Shown: one piece after another, positions 37,990 to 47,576 of the stretch
How positions within the stretch are numbered: the first letter of the stretch is position 1
Layout: every line of letters begins with the position of its first letter
IMG/VR virus record: IMGVR_UViG_3300046744_000381
Coordinates: 1 to 64,000 of that record
DNA length: 64,000 bases
Reading direction: 5' to 3' (one strand)
Source: a virus
Position numbers and translations under genes: made by a program
Notes under the pieces: generated by a model
Database searches by the model: none
What the model was told of the DNA's origin: nothing
Seen by the model: only the letters and a program-made list of their open reading frames with translations

Positions 37990-38453
37990 TGTTTTGCTGC
38001 CTGTATTGTTAGACTTAATCTATGAGATTCAATTTCACTAATATCGTGCGGTACATCAACTTGAAGACGATGCCAAGTGGATATTGGTGCTGTAATTTCA
38101 TATATAATATTTTCCATATTGTCGTCATACCATCTTGTTTTGACATCCGGTCCTCCAGATAAAAGTGTGTAATTATAGCAAAACGTTCTGCCTTGATCAA
38201 TATGGGGAGTAAGTTGCCTGCCTGAAAGTTGGTAATATACTTCTACAGGATAATTAAAATAAGGTTGTAAAAAATCTTGTAATTCATTATCTACTTTGGT
38301 TGAAAAATACCACCAATCCCATTCACCGCTATCATCGAAAGCATTAGGTCTTTTATACAACTCCTCTATATCTGTAATTACTAAATTTTTAGGAATTGAT
38401 GGTATAAAATTAGATAATTCAAATAACTTCATCGGATTTCCTTTTTTGTGCAT
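37986..38453 (-). CDS. 2OG-Fe(II) oxygenase-like
   Basis: PHID...VPHDI...HR. Confidence 0.6.
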   Translation of the reverse strand: MHKKGNPMKLFELSNFIPSIPKNLVITDIEELYKRPNAFDDSGEWDWWYFSTKVDNELQDFLQPYFNYPVEVYYQLSGRQLTPHIDQGRTFCYNYTLLSGGPDVKTRWYDDNMENIIYEITAPISTWHRLQVDVPHDISEIESHRLSLTIQAAKQ

Positions 38454-38910
38454 ACCAACTCAATGGCAATTTTAAAAATTTGTAATCTTCGCCTGTTACT
38501 TTTCCTCGGCAGTTACTACTACCGCATTTACATTCAGGAATATAATCTTTCTTAGTAAGCATAAATGTACCATAATCAACTGTTACAAATTCTCCTTGCT
38601 CTATATTTCTCAAAGCTCTAAAAACCACTTGACCGTCAATATACAAATTTGGATCACAACTGTGATTTATATATGCTTCGTACTCATTTCCTTGTGGTAA
38701 ATCAATAACAAGATCTTTATCTATTAGCAATCCTTTATACCATCCTTGCTCGCTAGGACGTCTAGCCATACCTCCTATTACAAAGATAATATCTCCTTTT
38801 TCAATTTGGTTTGTAGCATAACGACACAACCCGTGGACAGGACTTTCTTTTACTGCTGTATCACTATTAAAATAACAAAACCCAGTGTGCTGTTTATTCG
38901 AATCTATCAC
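38419..38910 (-). CDS. SET domain methyltransferase with post-SET Cys
   Basis: INHSCDPN, ALRNIEQGEFVTVDYG and CKCGSSNCRG. Confidence 0.92.
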   Translation of the reverse strand: MIDSNKQHTGFCYFNSDTAVKESPVHGLCRYATNQIEKGDIIFVIGGMARRPSEQGWYKGLLIDKDLVIDLPQGNEYEAYINHSCDPNLYIDGQVVFRALRNIEQGEFVTVDYGTFMLTKKDYIPECKCGSSNCRGKVTGEDYKFLKLPLSWYAQKRKSDEVI

Positions 38911-39442
38911 CGTGTAATTCCTTCAAATACGGATTACTATAATTTTCTCTTTCGTTAGCATTGTTAAAAATAAGATGTATTCGTGGTTCGTGATCGCCAT
39001 TTACAAAATTGTGCAATTGGTGAGTATCTGTCCAATATATTTTTCCTTTGGGCATATAGGCAACAAATGGAATGTCAGGAAAAACCATAAACGATAATTT
39101 AGAATTATTTATTATAGGAATATGATATCTAGTGTACAAATCAACGTGTGTGCTGTAACAACTTCGTTCGTGTAGAAACATAAGTCTTGCACTTGCTACA
39201 GTAAAGTCTAAAGTTGTTAAGACCTGTTTTAAATAGGTACCTTCTAAGTGAGGGTGAAAATTAATACATTTGTGTTCTATTCTAGTTTTGCCATATGCAT
39301 CTACATCGTCGTGCCAAGATATTTTAGAAGAATATTGTAAACAAATTTGACAATTATTCCATCCTACTAGGTCAATAATATTATTGCATTCTTTTGCTAT
39401 TAATTTATGATTAATTTCTTTTATTTCTTTAAAAGCCTGCAT
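38894..39442 (-). CDS. 2OG-Fe(II) oxygenase, AspH-like
   Basis: ARLM, THVD, RYHIPI, HNFVN and PRIHL. Confidence 0.75.
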   Translation of the reverse strand: MQAFKEIKEINHKLIAKECNNIIDLVGWNNCQICLQYSSKISWHDDVDAYGKTRIEHKCINFHPHLEGTYLKQVLTTLDFTVASARLMFLHERSCYSTHVDLYTRYHIPIINNSKLSFMVFPDIPFVAYMPKGKIYWTDTHQLHNFVNGDHEPRIHLIFNNANERENYSNPYLKELHGDRFE

Positions 39443-40101
39443 TATTGGTTTACCTTTCCTTTAAATCTTAAAGATAAACCAATTTTATATTTTGCTAACA
39501 TTTTTCCTGTAGCGTGTATATACTTACTATTAAAAATTAATAAGTTTCCAGGTTTATAATTTAAGGCTTGACCAGTTAATCCAAAAAACAATTCCTTTGG
39601 ACGAAAATTATTTTCTAAAGACGTGCAATACAAATTATCGTCTATTTCACAATTGGTACATCCTTGTACAGTAATGTCATCGTTTATTGATGTTTTTATA
39701 CTTTTGTTTTTATGAAACTCTGTATCGGTATCATTTAGCATCCAAGTTCTAGCTTGTTTGTCACTGCACCATTGATCAAAAACTACAAAAGGTTGATAGT
39801 TATCGCCTTCTACAAATAACGGTATTAGAACATTTATTGTATCGTGAATTCTATCTGCATCAGTATGAGGAAAATATGCATACGAATGCTTGTAAATATT
39901 ATCACCTAAGTTATAAGAAGTGTCTATGTTAAATTCAGTTAATATACTTTCAAGTTGTCGCACTACTTCAAATTCCCACGGATTGTTTATCTTTTCCATA
40001 TAATTAGAATTTACAACAAGATTTTGGTTTTCGTAAAAAAAATTTAAAATTTCTTTTCTTATTCCAAGAGGTATAACATCTTCGTATTCTTTATAGTGCA
40101 T
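39442..40101 (-). CDS. 2OG-Fe(II) oxygenase-like
   Basis: GDNIYKH, FPHTD and PGNLLIFNSKYIHATG. Paralogue of 42617..43327. Confidence 0.65.
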   Translation of the reverse strand: MHYKEYEDVIPLGIRKEILNFFYENQNLVVNSNYMEKINNPWEFEVVRQLESILTEFNIDTSYNLGDNIYKHSYAYFPHTDADRIHDTINVLIPLFVEGDNYQPFVVFDQWCSDKQARTWMLNDTDTEFHKNKSIKTSINDDITVQGCTNCEIDDNLYCTSLENNFRPKELFFGLTGQALNYKPGNLLIFNSKYIHATGKMLAKYKIGLSLRFKGKVNQ

Positions 40102-40104
40102 ATA

Positions 40105-40755
40105 TTATTTTATGACATCAACTTCTATATCCTGCTTGATTTTGGAAGGAAACATAAATCCAGTTTGATGATGTTCTCTTCTATTTTTTGTGCTGTCTTT
40201 AAATCCAATACCCATCATTAATGCAATAGGATTTTCATTTTTTACAATTTTAGAAACTTCTGTGTCGTCAAAACACGCACAACACCCAGTACCATAACCT
40301 AACATACTTGCTAATAAATTAAGATATCCCGCAGCAATGCCAATTGCCATATTTTCATCTCTTTTTAGTACATTTTTAGAAGCAGTAATATCTTTGTTAT
40401 TTTCAATATTATACAACTCGTCATTTGCATATTCATTAGGATTAGTTTTTGTTGCTGGATCAACTGATTCAAAAACTACTAAAAGATTTGCTAGTGTTTG
40501 ACTATTTGTTTCTTCAACACCGTCTTCTGGGCGTTTGAATCCTGCTGTATGTTTGTGTATATTTTCGATAATGCTTCTATTTGTTACAAAGTGTACTTTG
40601 TAAAAAGCAACGTTTTGTTTGCTAGGACAGTTCTTAACTGCGTGTACAAACAATTCTATATCTTCGTCAGGAATAGTTTGCTCTAAATCCCAGTTACGTT
40701 GACAATGCTGACTACGAATAATAGTCTTTTTAATATCTTTGTGTTCTAATTGCAT
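40105..40755 (-). CDS. nitroreductase-family flavoprotein
   Basis: RSQHCQRNWD, CPSKQN, GIAAGYLNLLASMLGYGTGCCACF and MMGIG. Confidence 0.8.
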   Translation of the reverse strand: MQLEHKDIKKTIIRSQHCQRNWDLEQTIPDEDIELFVHAVKNCPSKQNVAFYKVHFVTNRSIIENIHKHTAGFKRPEDGVEETNSQTLANLLVVFESVDPATKTNPNEYANDELYNIENNKDITASKNVLKRDENMAIGIAAGYLNLLASMLGYGTGCCACFDDTEVSKIVKNENPIALMMGIGFKDSTKNRREHHQTGFMFPSKIKQDIEVDVIK

Positions 40756-40766
40756 AATACATCTCC

Positions 40767-41525
40767 TTAAATATATTTATGCAATTTAGGATCATTAAAA
40801 TTAACTAGAGCTAAAATATGATATCTGTCGTCACCGTTTTTATTATTTACTGCGTGATTGTGTTGTGTATTGATTATCCAGGCTTCATTAAAACCATAGT
40901 GTTGCTCGTGTATTTCTCCGTCTAAATATACTAACATACTAGTAGCATCCTTATTTGTGATTAAAGGAATATGCACATATGCGTGAGTGTATTCTGTTTC
41001 ATAATAATTATGACTGTGCCAATTTATTCTTTGTTTATTATCTATTTTCGATATCATTATACGATCGCACATAGTCCAAGTAAACATTTCTTCAATGATA
41101 CTTTTAATATAAGGAATAGTGTCACATAAAGTTGTGTCAACTAGATGCTCAGGAGGAACCCTGCCATTTTCAATTAAGTGCTGCTTACCTAATATTTCCA
41201 TAAAGTCTAATGTTTCTCCAAATCCAAAATCTGGATCATTGCTGAAATTTCTTAAAAACTTTGCACTCCAATAATTACTAATACCTGCGCCTCGTATGCT
41301 TTTTACATCGTTGTTGTAACCTTGCCAATTTTCTAATGCAGATATTTCTTGACTTATCTTGTTTTGATTTAACTCTAAATCGCATAATTTAAAATGTGGC
41401 ACATATAATAATTTTTTAGCCAGTGAATTTTTTGCTCTATTGCTTTCACATCTAGGATGACAGGATTTATCAAAAGCCGGAGCAGATTCTGCATCTACTA
41501 ATTTATGATGTAAATCAACTATCAA
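40767..41525 (-). CDS. 2OG-Fe(II) oxygenase, AspH-like
   Basis: RIMIS, WHSH, VHIPLITN, HAVNN and DRYHI. Confidence 0.7.
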   Translation of the reverse strand: MIVDLHHKLVDAESAPAFDKSCHPRCESNRAKNSLAKKLLYVPHFKLCDLELNQNKISQEISALENWQGYNNDVKSIRGAGISNYWSAKFLRNFSNDPDFGFGETLDFMEILGKQHLIENGRVPPEHLVDTTLCDTIPYIKSIIEEMFTWTMCDRIMISKIDNKQRINWHSHNYYETEYTHAYVHIPLITNKDATSMLVYLDGEIHEQHYGFNEAWIINTQHNHAVNNKNGDDRYHILALVNFNDPKLHKYI

Positions 41526-42084
41526 GGATACAGCCTACTAAGTGTATTCTATTTTCTTTACTGGCATTCATAGCAGTATGCTCGTATCTTGTATCTGTAT
41601 GATACCATTTATTTTTTTCTAAATGTTTTACTTCGTCTCCAATAATCATAAAACAGCCATCTTGTGTTTTCATTGGATAATGTATCCTAGTTGTATTATC
41701 ATTATGCCAGGTTAAACAAGTCTTTGGCTGACTATTCATTATTCTTACTCTGCCAACATTGAATTTTTTTGTAAGAGCATTGTAAACTTCTTCAAACAAT
41801 GTGCCTTTAAATGCTGTGCAAAGTGTAGTAAACTGTTGTTCACGTAACGGTGGTTTACGTAAAGGAGTAATTATTTTACCATCTTCTTCGTATGATTTAT
41901 CCCAATCATACCACAAACTTGCCCTGCCTAATAAAAAATTATCTGGATCTTTTTTGGTGCTGTTCAAACAAATTTGATCCTGACAATCGTCTCGAAACCA
42001 ATGTATGGTTCCGTTATCCATTAACTTATTAAATTCATCATATAATTCAAGAATAGGTAAATCTAATTCTGTATAATAACTCAT
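41515..42084 (-). CDS. 2OG-Fe(II) oxygenase, AspH-like
   Basis: GRVRIM, WHND, RIHYP, HTAMN and NRIHL. Confidence 0.75.
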   Translation of the reverse strand: MSYYTELDLPILELYDEFNKLMDNGTIHWFRDDCQDQICLNSTKKDPDNFLLGRASLWYDWDKSYEEDGKIITPLRKPPLREQQFTTLCTAFKGTLFEEVYNALTKKFNVGRVRIMNSQPKTCLTWHNDNTTRIHYPMKTQDGCFMIIGDEVKHLEKNKWYHTDTRYEHTAMNASKENRIHLVGCILDS

Positions 42085-42620
42085 TGCTCTCTCGGTAAAA
42101 TTGTCATTGTTTTTACATTATATTTATTAGCCAACTCTGATGCCTGAAAAATAATTTGTGCTGCTTCTTGGCAGGGAATATAGTATTGTGGTTGTAAAAA
42201 TTTAAGTATTTTTTCAGATCCTACATACCCAAATTTTAGTAACACAGTGGAACAGTGGCACTTGATACTACTTAATTGTAAACTTGCTGCTTCTAAGCTT
42301 GCTTTGTGAGCTGTATACGGATGCGGAAAGTCTTTCATACCGTCAGTGGTATTGCTACCTAAATTAACAATTACTTTTGTTTTATTTTTCCACTTTCGAT
42401 GTAATTCATACAGCATATCAGTTTGATAATAAAGATTATATGCATTGTTGATAAACACATCGCACTCTTCGCTGTCTTTTATAATACGTCTGCGGTCCTC
42501 TGCTAATTTTATATTATAACCTGTGGTCCTACTAAACCCTATAAAATTATCTTTTACTTCGGGCAATTCACTAAAAGCTTTGCCTATACCTGACGTATGT
42601 CCTGTGATTGCATATTTCAT
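42081..42620 (-). CDS. short SDR-like oxidoreductase
   Basis: ITGHTSGIG, FINNA, NLGS and YTAHK. Confidence 0.8.
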   Translation of the reverse strand: MKYAITGHTSGIGKAFSELPEVKDNFIGFSRTTGYNIKLAEDRRRIIKDSEECDVFINNAYNLYYQTDMLYELHRKWKNKTKVIVNLGSNTTDGMKDFPHPYTAHKASLEAASLQLSSIKCHCSTVLLKFGYVGSEKILKFLQPQYYIPCQEAAQIIFQASELANKYNVKTMTILPREQ

Positions 42621-43327
42621 TTTACTTCCTTGTCAAACTCGCCTTTAAATCTTAGACTCAAGCCCATTTTCCAATCACAATCCATTCTACCAGTACAATG
42701 AATATGTTTGCTATCAAAAATTATTAAACTACCAGGAGTAAAATCAACAGCAATACCTGATAAATTTTTAAACAATAATCTATCTCGACCACGTGCTTCC
42801 AAACACCTAGTAAACATTTCTTCATCTATATCAACATCAGTTTTATTTTCTACTATGCTATCTTTAAACGGAAATCTACGTTTTTTATTATGTTCAAACT
42901 CTGATGCAGCAGCATACCATTTGCCCATCCAAGTTGCACCACTGCTAAAATCATTTATATATTGATCAAATATACAAAACTTTTGTTCTAAATCATTGTG
43001 TACTTTTAAAGGAATAAGAACATTAAAACAAGGATAATCTATACTTGTATCACAATGTGGAAAATATGGATCATTGTGTTTGTAAATATTATCGCCTATA
43101 TTCTCTAAATTGGTATTGAAGTAATTTGATAAAACAGGTTTTATATTCTCTTGTACAATAGATAAATTCCAAGGATCTTCAATTTTGTACATTCCATTTG
43201 TTAAATGTGTATCTGCAAATCTATTATTGTAAAATTCAACTATAGTATCTATTCTAGTTTGATCAAAAACATCTTCGTAAATCTTATAATGCATCTGATT
43301 TTCTTTTAGGAATTTTGCTATCTGCAC
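42617..43327 (-). CDS. 2OG-Fe(II) oxygenase-like
   Basis: GDNIYKH, FPHCD and PGSLIIFDSKHIHCTG. Real start probably 43294. Confidence 0.65.
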   Translation of the reverse strand: MQIAKFLKENQMHYKIYEDVFDQTRIDTIVEFYNNRFADTHLTNGMYKIEDPWNLSIVQENIKPVLSNYFNTNLENIGDNIYKHNDPYFPHCDTSIDYPCFNVLIPLKVHNDLEQKFCIFDQYINDFSSGATWMGKWYAAASEFEHNKKRRFPFKDSIVENKTDVDIDEEMFTRCLEARGRDRLLFKNLSGIAVDFTPGSLIIFDSKHIHCTGRMDCDWKMGLSLRFKGEFDKEVK

Positions 43328-44405
43328 TACTTACACAACTTTCTGTCATACAAGGCATTGGTTTATCAAATAACTTAAATCCTGTTTCTATGTTGCCAAG
43401 CGGAACATCGTGGCAAGAGTAACTACGTTTAACACTGCCATCTGGTTCACGTATGATTATACCTTGGTATCCAGCATTGCAACTCCAGCCTTTAAATTTG
43501 TTGAAGTTGAAAGCATTAAAACGTTCAGCTTGATCCATATACCAAGCTTGTCCTTTTGAATCTCTAAATTCTACTTGCATATGCCAAGGCACACTAGCAT
43601 CGGGCTTATACATACTATCCTTAGGTATTTCAAATTTGGGCTTAGGTCTGTCTACAAATTTTCTTTTAGATTCTGTGTAGGCTCGCTGTGGCATTCCGTT
43701 CCACAAACGTTTTAGGTCTTTTTCTTTGTATCCTTCAACCACCTTGCTCGCAGTAGGATCGGATTGCGGTTTAAGGGTAACGTTGATTCCTTGGTTGTGA
43801 AAGAAGAGAGCATTCTCCCAATCACGTTCAAACCATTCTGGTACCATAACTTGATTAATTGTAACTTGTACATCGTGCTCCTGACAAAAAATTAACTTGT
43901 CTGCAAATTCTTGCATCTTCTCTTTGCTATTAACGTGTTCTGTGTGCAGACTTGCTGTTATACTTGCTCTGTGAAAAGCTTTAGCATATTCAACATATGT
44001 TTCAAACCACTTCATTGGACGTGAACAGTTACTTGTCATATGTACACTGGTGTAGTTTGTGTTGTCTACGTCATCAGCCAGATGTTGTAAAATGTCCAAG
44101 TAGCCAGGGTGAAAAGTAGGCTCACCACCACTAAGACTAAAATGATAACTATTAAATCCGTTTTCACGTGCTTGCCTCTTTATCTCATCTATGGTCCGTA
44201 AGCATAGTTCTGTAGGACGGTGGTCTTTACGGTCACTGCGGGCATAAGGCCAACAATAACTACATCTGTAGTTGCAGAATCTTCCGAGGAGCCAACTAAC
44301 AGTGAATATGTCACGATACAACAGGGTACGCTGACCGACACTAACAATGTCGTCAAAAGGTATCTTAGTAAAATCATAGTTACTCCACTTTAAGTCTTCA
44401 GTCAT
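43284..44405 (-). CDS. radical SAM protein with C-terminal Cys cluster
   Basis: CNYRCSYC, SGGEP and WSCNAG...SC...PC...C. Confidence 0.9.
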   Translation of the reverse strand: MTEDLKWSNYDFTKIPFDDIVSVGQRTLLYRDIFTVSWLLGRFCNYRCSYCWPYARSDRKDHRPTELCLRTIDEIKRQARENGFNSYHFSLSGGEPTFHPGYLDILQHLADDVDNTNYTSVHMTSNCSRPMKWFETYVEYAKAFHRASITASLHTEHVNSKEKMQEFADKLIFCQEHDVQVTINQVMVPEWFERDWENALFFHNQGINVTLKPQSDPTASKVVEGYKEKDLKRLWNGMPQRAYTESKRKFVDRPKPKFEIPKDSMYKPDASVPWHMQVEFRDSKGQAWYMDQAERFNAFNFNKFKGWSCNAGYQGIIIREPDGSVKRSYSCHDVPLGNIETGFKLFDKPMPCMTESCVSSADSKIPKRKSDAL

Positions 44406-44410
44406 AACTT

Positions 44411-44439
44411 ATTATAACACTCCTTAATTTATTTGTCAA
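44411..44439 (-). promoter_or_regulatory. consensus sigma70 promoter, leaderless
   Basis: Minus strand reads TTGACA-17-TATAAT-5 nt-ATG. Confidence 0.8.
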
Positions 44440-45757
44440 ATATTTTACTGTATTGTGGTGCAACATCAAGTATATTTTGATTTCTTGCTTTATCAAGATA
44501 GTTAGTAAAATTTACAAATTCTTGTAAGTAATCTTTAGCATAATCTTCTTTGTTGGCAAATTTTAAAATACTATCTAAAATATTTACTGCTTTTTCTTTT
44601 ACTAAAGGATCAATTTCGTTGTCTTTTATAATTTTATCTTCCCATAATTTATAATGGAGAAATAATTCTTGCTTTAGTTCTGTACTTAGCAATTTTATAT
44701 TTGTTCTTTTTGGTCCGTGTGCAACGTGGTGTGTAATTATTGGACGTTTTTTTGAACTATTAATTTTTTTAAATCCGCTTTCTTTAAGCTTCCACCACAT
44801 AAATTCTGGTATATGAAAAACATTGTATGCAGTAACAGTGCAAGCAAGCCAAGCAAATATATTTTTATTTTCAATGCATAATTCATCTAACTTTTGTAAA
44901 TTTTTATATGCTTGACTCCATTTTAAAGGCCAACGCTGGTATTCTACCATATCGCCAAAACCATCAATACTTGCGCCTATTCTAACTTGTCCAAAATGTT
45001 CCCACATTTTTAAGACACGAGGAGGCAAACTTGTCATATTTGTATTATATTCTATAATAATTTTTTTTGAATAACCGCTATCGATACATTTTTGTAAAAA
45101 TTCGTAATGCCTTTCGATCATCATTGGTTCACCGCCGGCCATATAAACGTGTTTGATGTTAGGAATATTTTTTTCAATACTATTCCAAAATACATCACTG
45201 CCGTGCCAATCATAATCATTAGTAAATAGTCTTCCTTTTGAATTACGTTCTAATGTTACAGTACCGTGTGTATCAATATAATCATTTGTTTTATGATAAT
45301 CTACCCATTGTTCAAACCAAGTATGGCTATCAGTTGGACCACACATTCTACAAGCAAGATTGCATAAATTACCAAAACGTAAATCATAATATGTTACAGG
45401 TATTTCACTTATTGAACCATCTTCGTCAGTAGCATCTCTTGCTTTATCTATTGTAAAAGTAGGCCAGTTTTGTTGTTCGTATTGACGCCTGCTGTTTAAT
45501 CCTGCTTCTTCTTCTTGTTGACATCTTCCACATTCTTTGCTCCATACGCCATTGAGCATATTCTTTCTTACAGTTTTCATAAGGTCTGCATTACGTGCAT
45601 CTTCTAAAGAATCACGTTGTGCATTATAAGGAGTTCCGTTGCTGTGTCTAATTACTCCCTGATTTTCTGTTACGTTTGCTTGACAACATATACGAATATC
45701 GCCATTGTTTCTTACAGCTTGAAAATTCCAAGGAATTGGACAGAAGGTGTCTTTCAT
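44429..45757 (-). CDS. radical SAM protein with N-terminal twitch/SPASM-like domain
   Basis: FCPIPW...ICC...CGRC, then CNLACRMC, AGGEP and YNTN. Confidence 0.9.
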   Translation of the reverse strand: MKDTFCPIPWNFQAVRNNGDIRICCQANVTENQGVIRHSNGTPYNAQRDSLEDARNADLMKTVRKNMLNGVWSKECGRCQQEEEAGLNSRRQYEQQNWPTFTIDKARDATDEDGSISEIPVTYYDLRFGNLCNLACRMCGPTDSHTWFEQWVDYHKTNDYIDTHGTVTLERNSKGRLFTNDYDWHGSDVFWNSIEKNIPNIKHVYMAGGEPMMIERHYEFLQKCIDSGYSKKIIIEYNTNMTSLPPRVLKMWEHFGQVRIGASIDGFGDMVEYQRWPLKWSQAYKNLQKLDELCIENKNIFAWLACTVTAYNVFHIPEFMWWKLKESGFKKINSSKKRPIITHHVAHGPKRTNIKLLSTELKQELFLHYKLWEDKIIKDNEIDPLVKEKAVNILDSILKFANKEDYAKDYLQEFVNFTNYLDKARNQNILDVAPQYSKIFDK

Positions 45758-45776
45758 CTATTATTTAATAGAAATA

Positions 45777-46427
45777 TTAGTAATGCTTTTTAACTTTGAT
45801 CTTTTGTTTTGGCTTTGTTGGAAACATAAAACCAGTTTCGTGATGCTCTCTTCTATTACGAGTTACATCTTTGTAACCTATTCCCATCATAAGCAAAACA
45901 GGACCATTTAACTCTAAAAGTTTTTCAATAGCATCGCCATCGAAACAAGCACAACAACCAGTACCATAGCCCATCATAGCACTAGTAACATTTGCGTATC
46001 CTGCTGCAATACCTACAGCCATTTGCTGATCTCTTTTAAATGTTTCTTTCTCTGATTCGGAAAGTTCTTTTCCTAAATCCATCTTTAATATTTCGTCATT
46101 TCTAAATACACTCTTATCTCTATTTAGATGCCCGTTATATGCCTCAAAGACAATTAACAAATTAGCTAAAGTTTGGCTGTTTGTTTCACCTTCCATTGTT
46201 ACAAAGTTGGTTGTGAAACCTTCTGTCTTACTGTGGATTGCTTCAATTAAGTTTCTATCGGTAATCATATGTGCTTTGTAAAATGCAACATTTTGTTTGC
46301 TAGGACATTGTGTTATAGCGTGTTGAATAAGATCTAAATCTTCTTGCGGTATTTGCTTTGATAAATCCCAGTTACGCTGACAGTGTTGGCTTCTAATGAC
46401 TGCTTTTTCAATTTGTTTATGATCCAT
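45777..46427 (-). CDS. nitroreductase-family flavoprotein
   Basis: Close paralogue of 40105..40755 (RSQHCQRNWD, CPSKQN, GTGCCACFD). Confidence 0.8.
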   Translation of the reverse strand: MDHKQIEKAVIRSQHCQRNWDLSKQIPQEDLDLIQHAITQCPSKQNVAFYKAHMITDRNLIEAIHSKTEGFTTNFVTMEGETNSQTLANLLIVFEAYNGHLNRDKSVFRNDEILKMDLGKELSESEKETFKRDQQMAVGIAAGYANVTSAMMGYGTGCCACFDGDAIEKLLELNGPVLLMMGIGYKDVTRNRREHHETGFMFPTKPKQKIKVKKHY

Positions 46428-46456
46428 TGTAGTCTCCTGTATACAAACGTATTTAT

Positions 46457-47053
46457 TTAATTTTTATTAATTCTTATTTCCTGATACCATTCTTTTACTT
46501 CTTCAATATTTTCGTACATTAAACTTAATTGTTGAGTATTTTGCTTGTAGGTTTTTTTGGTAGGATTATATTTTCCATTTACAAAAGATATTTTATCAAG
46601 GTCTTGTAAAGTATATCTTTCTTTGTAATTAATAAGATGTTTAGTACTTTCAAACTTTTGTATAGAATATTTTAACATATCAAAAAATTCTCTTTTATAA
46701 ATTATATATTGATCGAGTTGCTTTGAAATATTAAAACTATGATAATTTGTTGTTTTAGCTGCTATACCCCAGCTTATAACTTGTCGCCAGCGATCGTTTG
46801 TTTCTGTAACTATTAATGGATTAGAAAATAACCAATCGTAAAAAGTATCTGTGTAATAGCCATATGATAAATCTGGATGAATTATTATTACAGAGTTTTC
46901 CGGAATAGATTTTATTTTATCCTCAATATTTACTTGTGCATTAGGTATTGGAGTTTTAAAATATTCTCCCAAAAATAACATATTATTTTTATTAGCAATA
47001 TGCCTTGCTAAAAAATGAGAACCTGTCCTCGGTTCTCCATATACGATTTGCAA
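46457..47053 (-). CDS. sulfotransferase-like P-loop protein
   Basis: GEPRTGSHFLA resembles a PAPS-binding loop. Also GEYF and RQVISW. Confidence 0.55.
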   Translation of the reverse strand: MQIVYGEPRTGSHFLARHIANKNNMLFLGEYFKTPIPNAQVNIEDKIKSIPENSVIIIHPDLSYGYYTDTFYDWLFSNPLIVTETNDRWRQVISWGIAAKTTNYHSFNISKQLDQYIIYKREFFDMLKYSIQKFESTKHLINYKERYTLQDLDKISFVNGKYNPTKKTYKQNTQQLSLMYENIEEVKEWYQEIRINKN

Positions 47054-47054
47054 A

Positions 47055-47549
47055 TTATGACAACCTTTCGGTAACTATACTAATAGACTCGCTCACTCCA
47101 TAGACTAAAAAACAAAACTTTATGTTAGATTCATTAACCCAACGTCTATATAAAGAATTATCAAACACTAATGTAGAATTTAATGCACAATTAGTGTTGG
47201 CAAAATGTAATATTTTTTGTTCTCTTGAATAATCAAACAACGGTATGAAAATAGTTGTATTAGAGCCGTTAACTTTATTTGCCGTTTTAAATGAGTTTCT
47301 TTTTGTATTTCCTTCAATTCTATTTGACCCTAGTATGGTAATGTTTAAATCTTTTTCTTTCAGATAATTTGTAATAGGTCTAAGTAAATTTGTATAAGGT
47401 TTCCATCTATGACTTTGATTCTTAGGGTTGTGTGGCAAATACGAGATTCCCTTATCAAAAAGATGATTTTCTGTTGTGACAAATTTTCTTACAGCATCCA
47501 AAGAATCTTTACTCAACATTTTGTAGTTTATGTTTTTTGTGTAGAACAT
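47055..47549 (-). CDS. hypothetical protein, possibly a degenerate double-stranded beta-helix fold
   Basis: TTIFIPL...LVFDNS, without recognisable metal ligands. Confidence 0.55.
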   Translation of the reverse strand: MFYTKNINYKMLSKDSLDAVRKFVTTENHLFDKGISYLPHNPKNQSHRWKPYTNLLRPITNYLKEKDLNITILGSNRIEGNTKRNSFKTANKVNGSNTTIFIPLFDYSREQKILHFANTNCALNSTLVFDNSLYRRWVNESNIKFCFLVYGVSESISIVTERLS

Positions 47550-47576
47550 TTTATCCTCAATAGTTTTATATATTTA

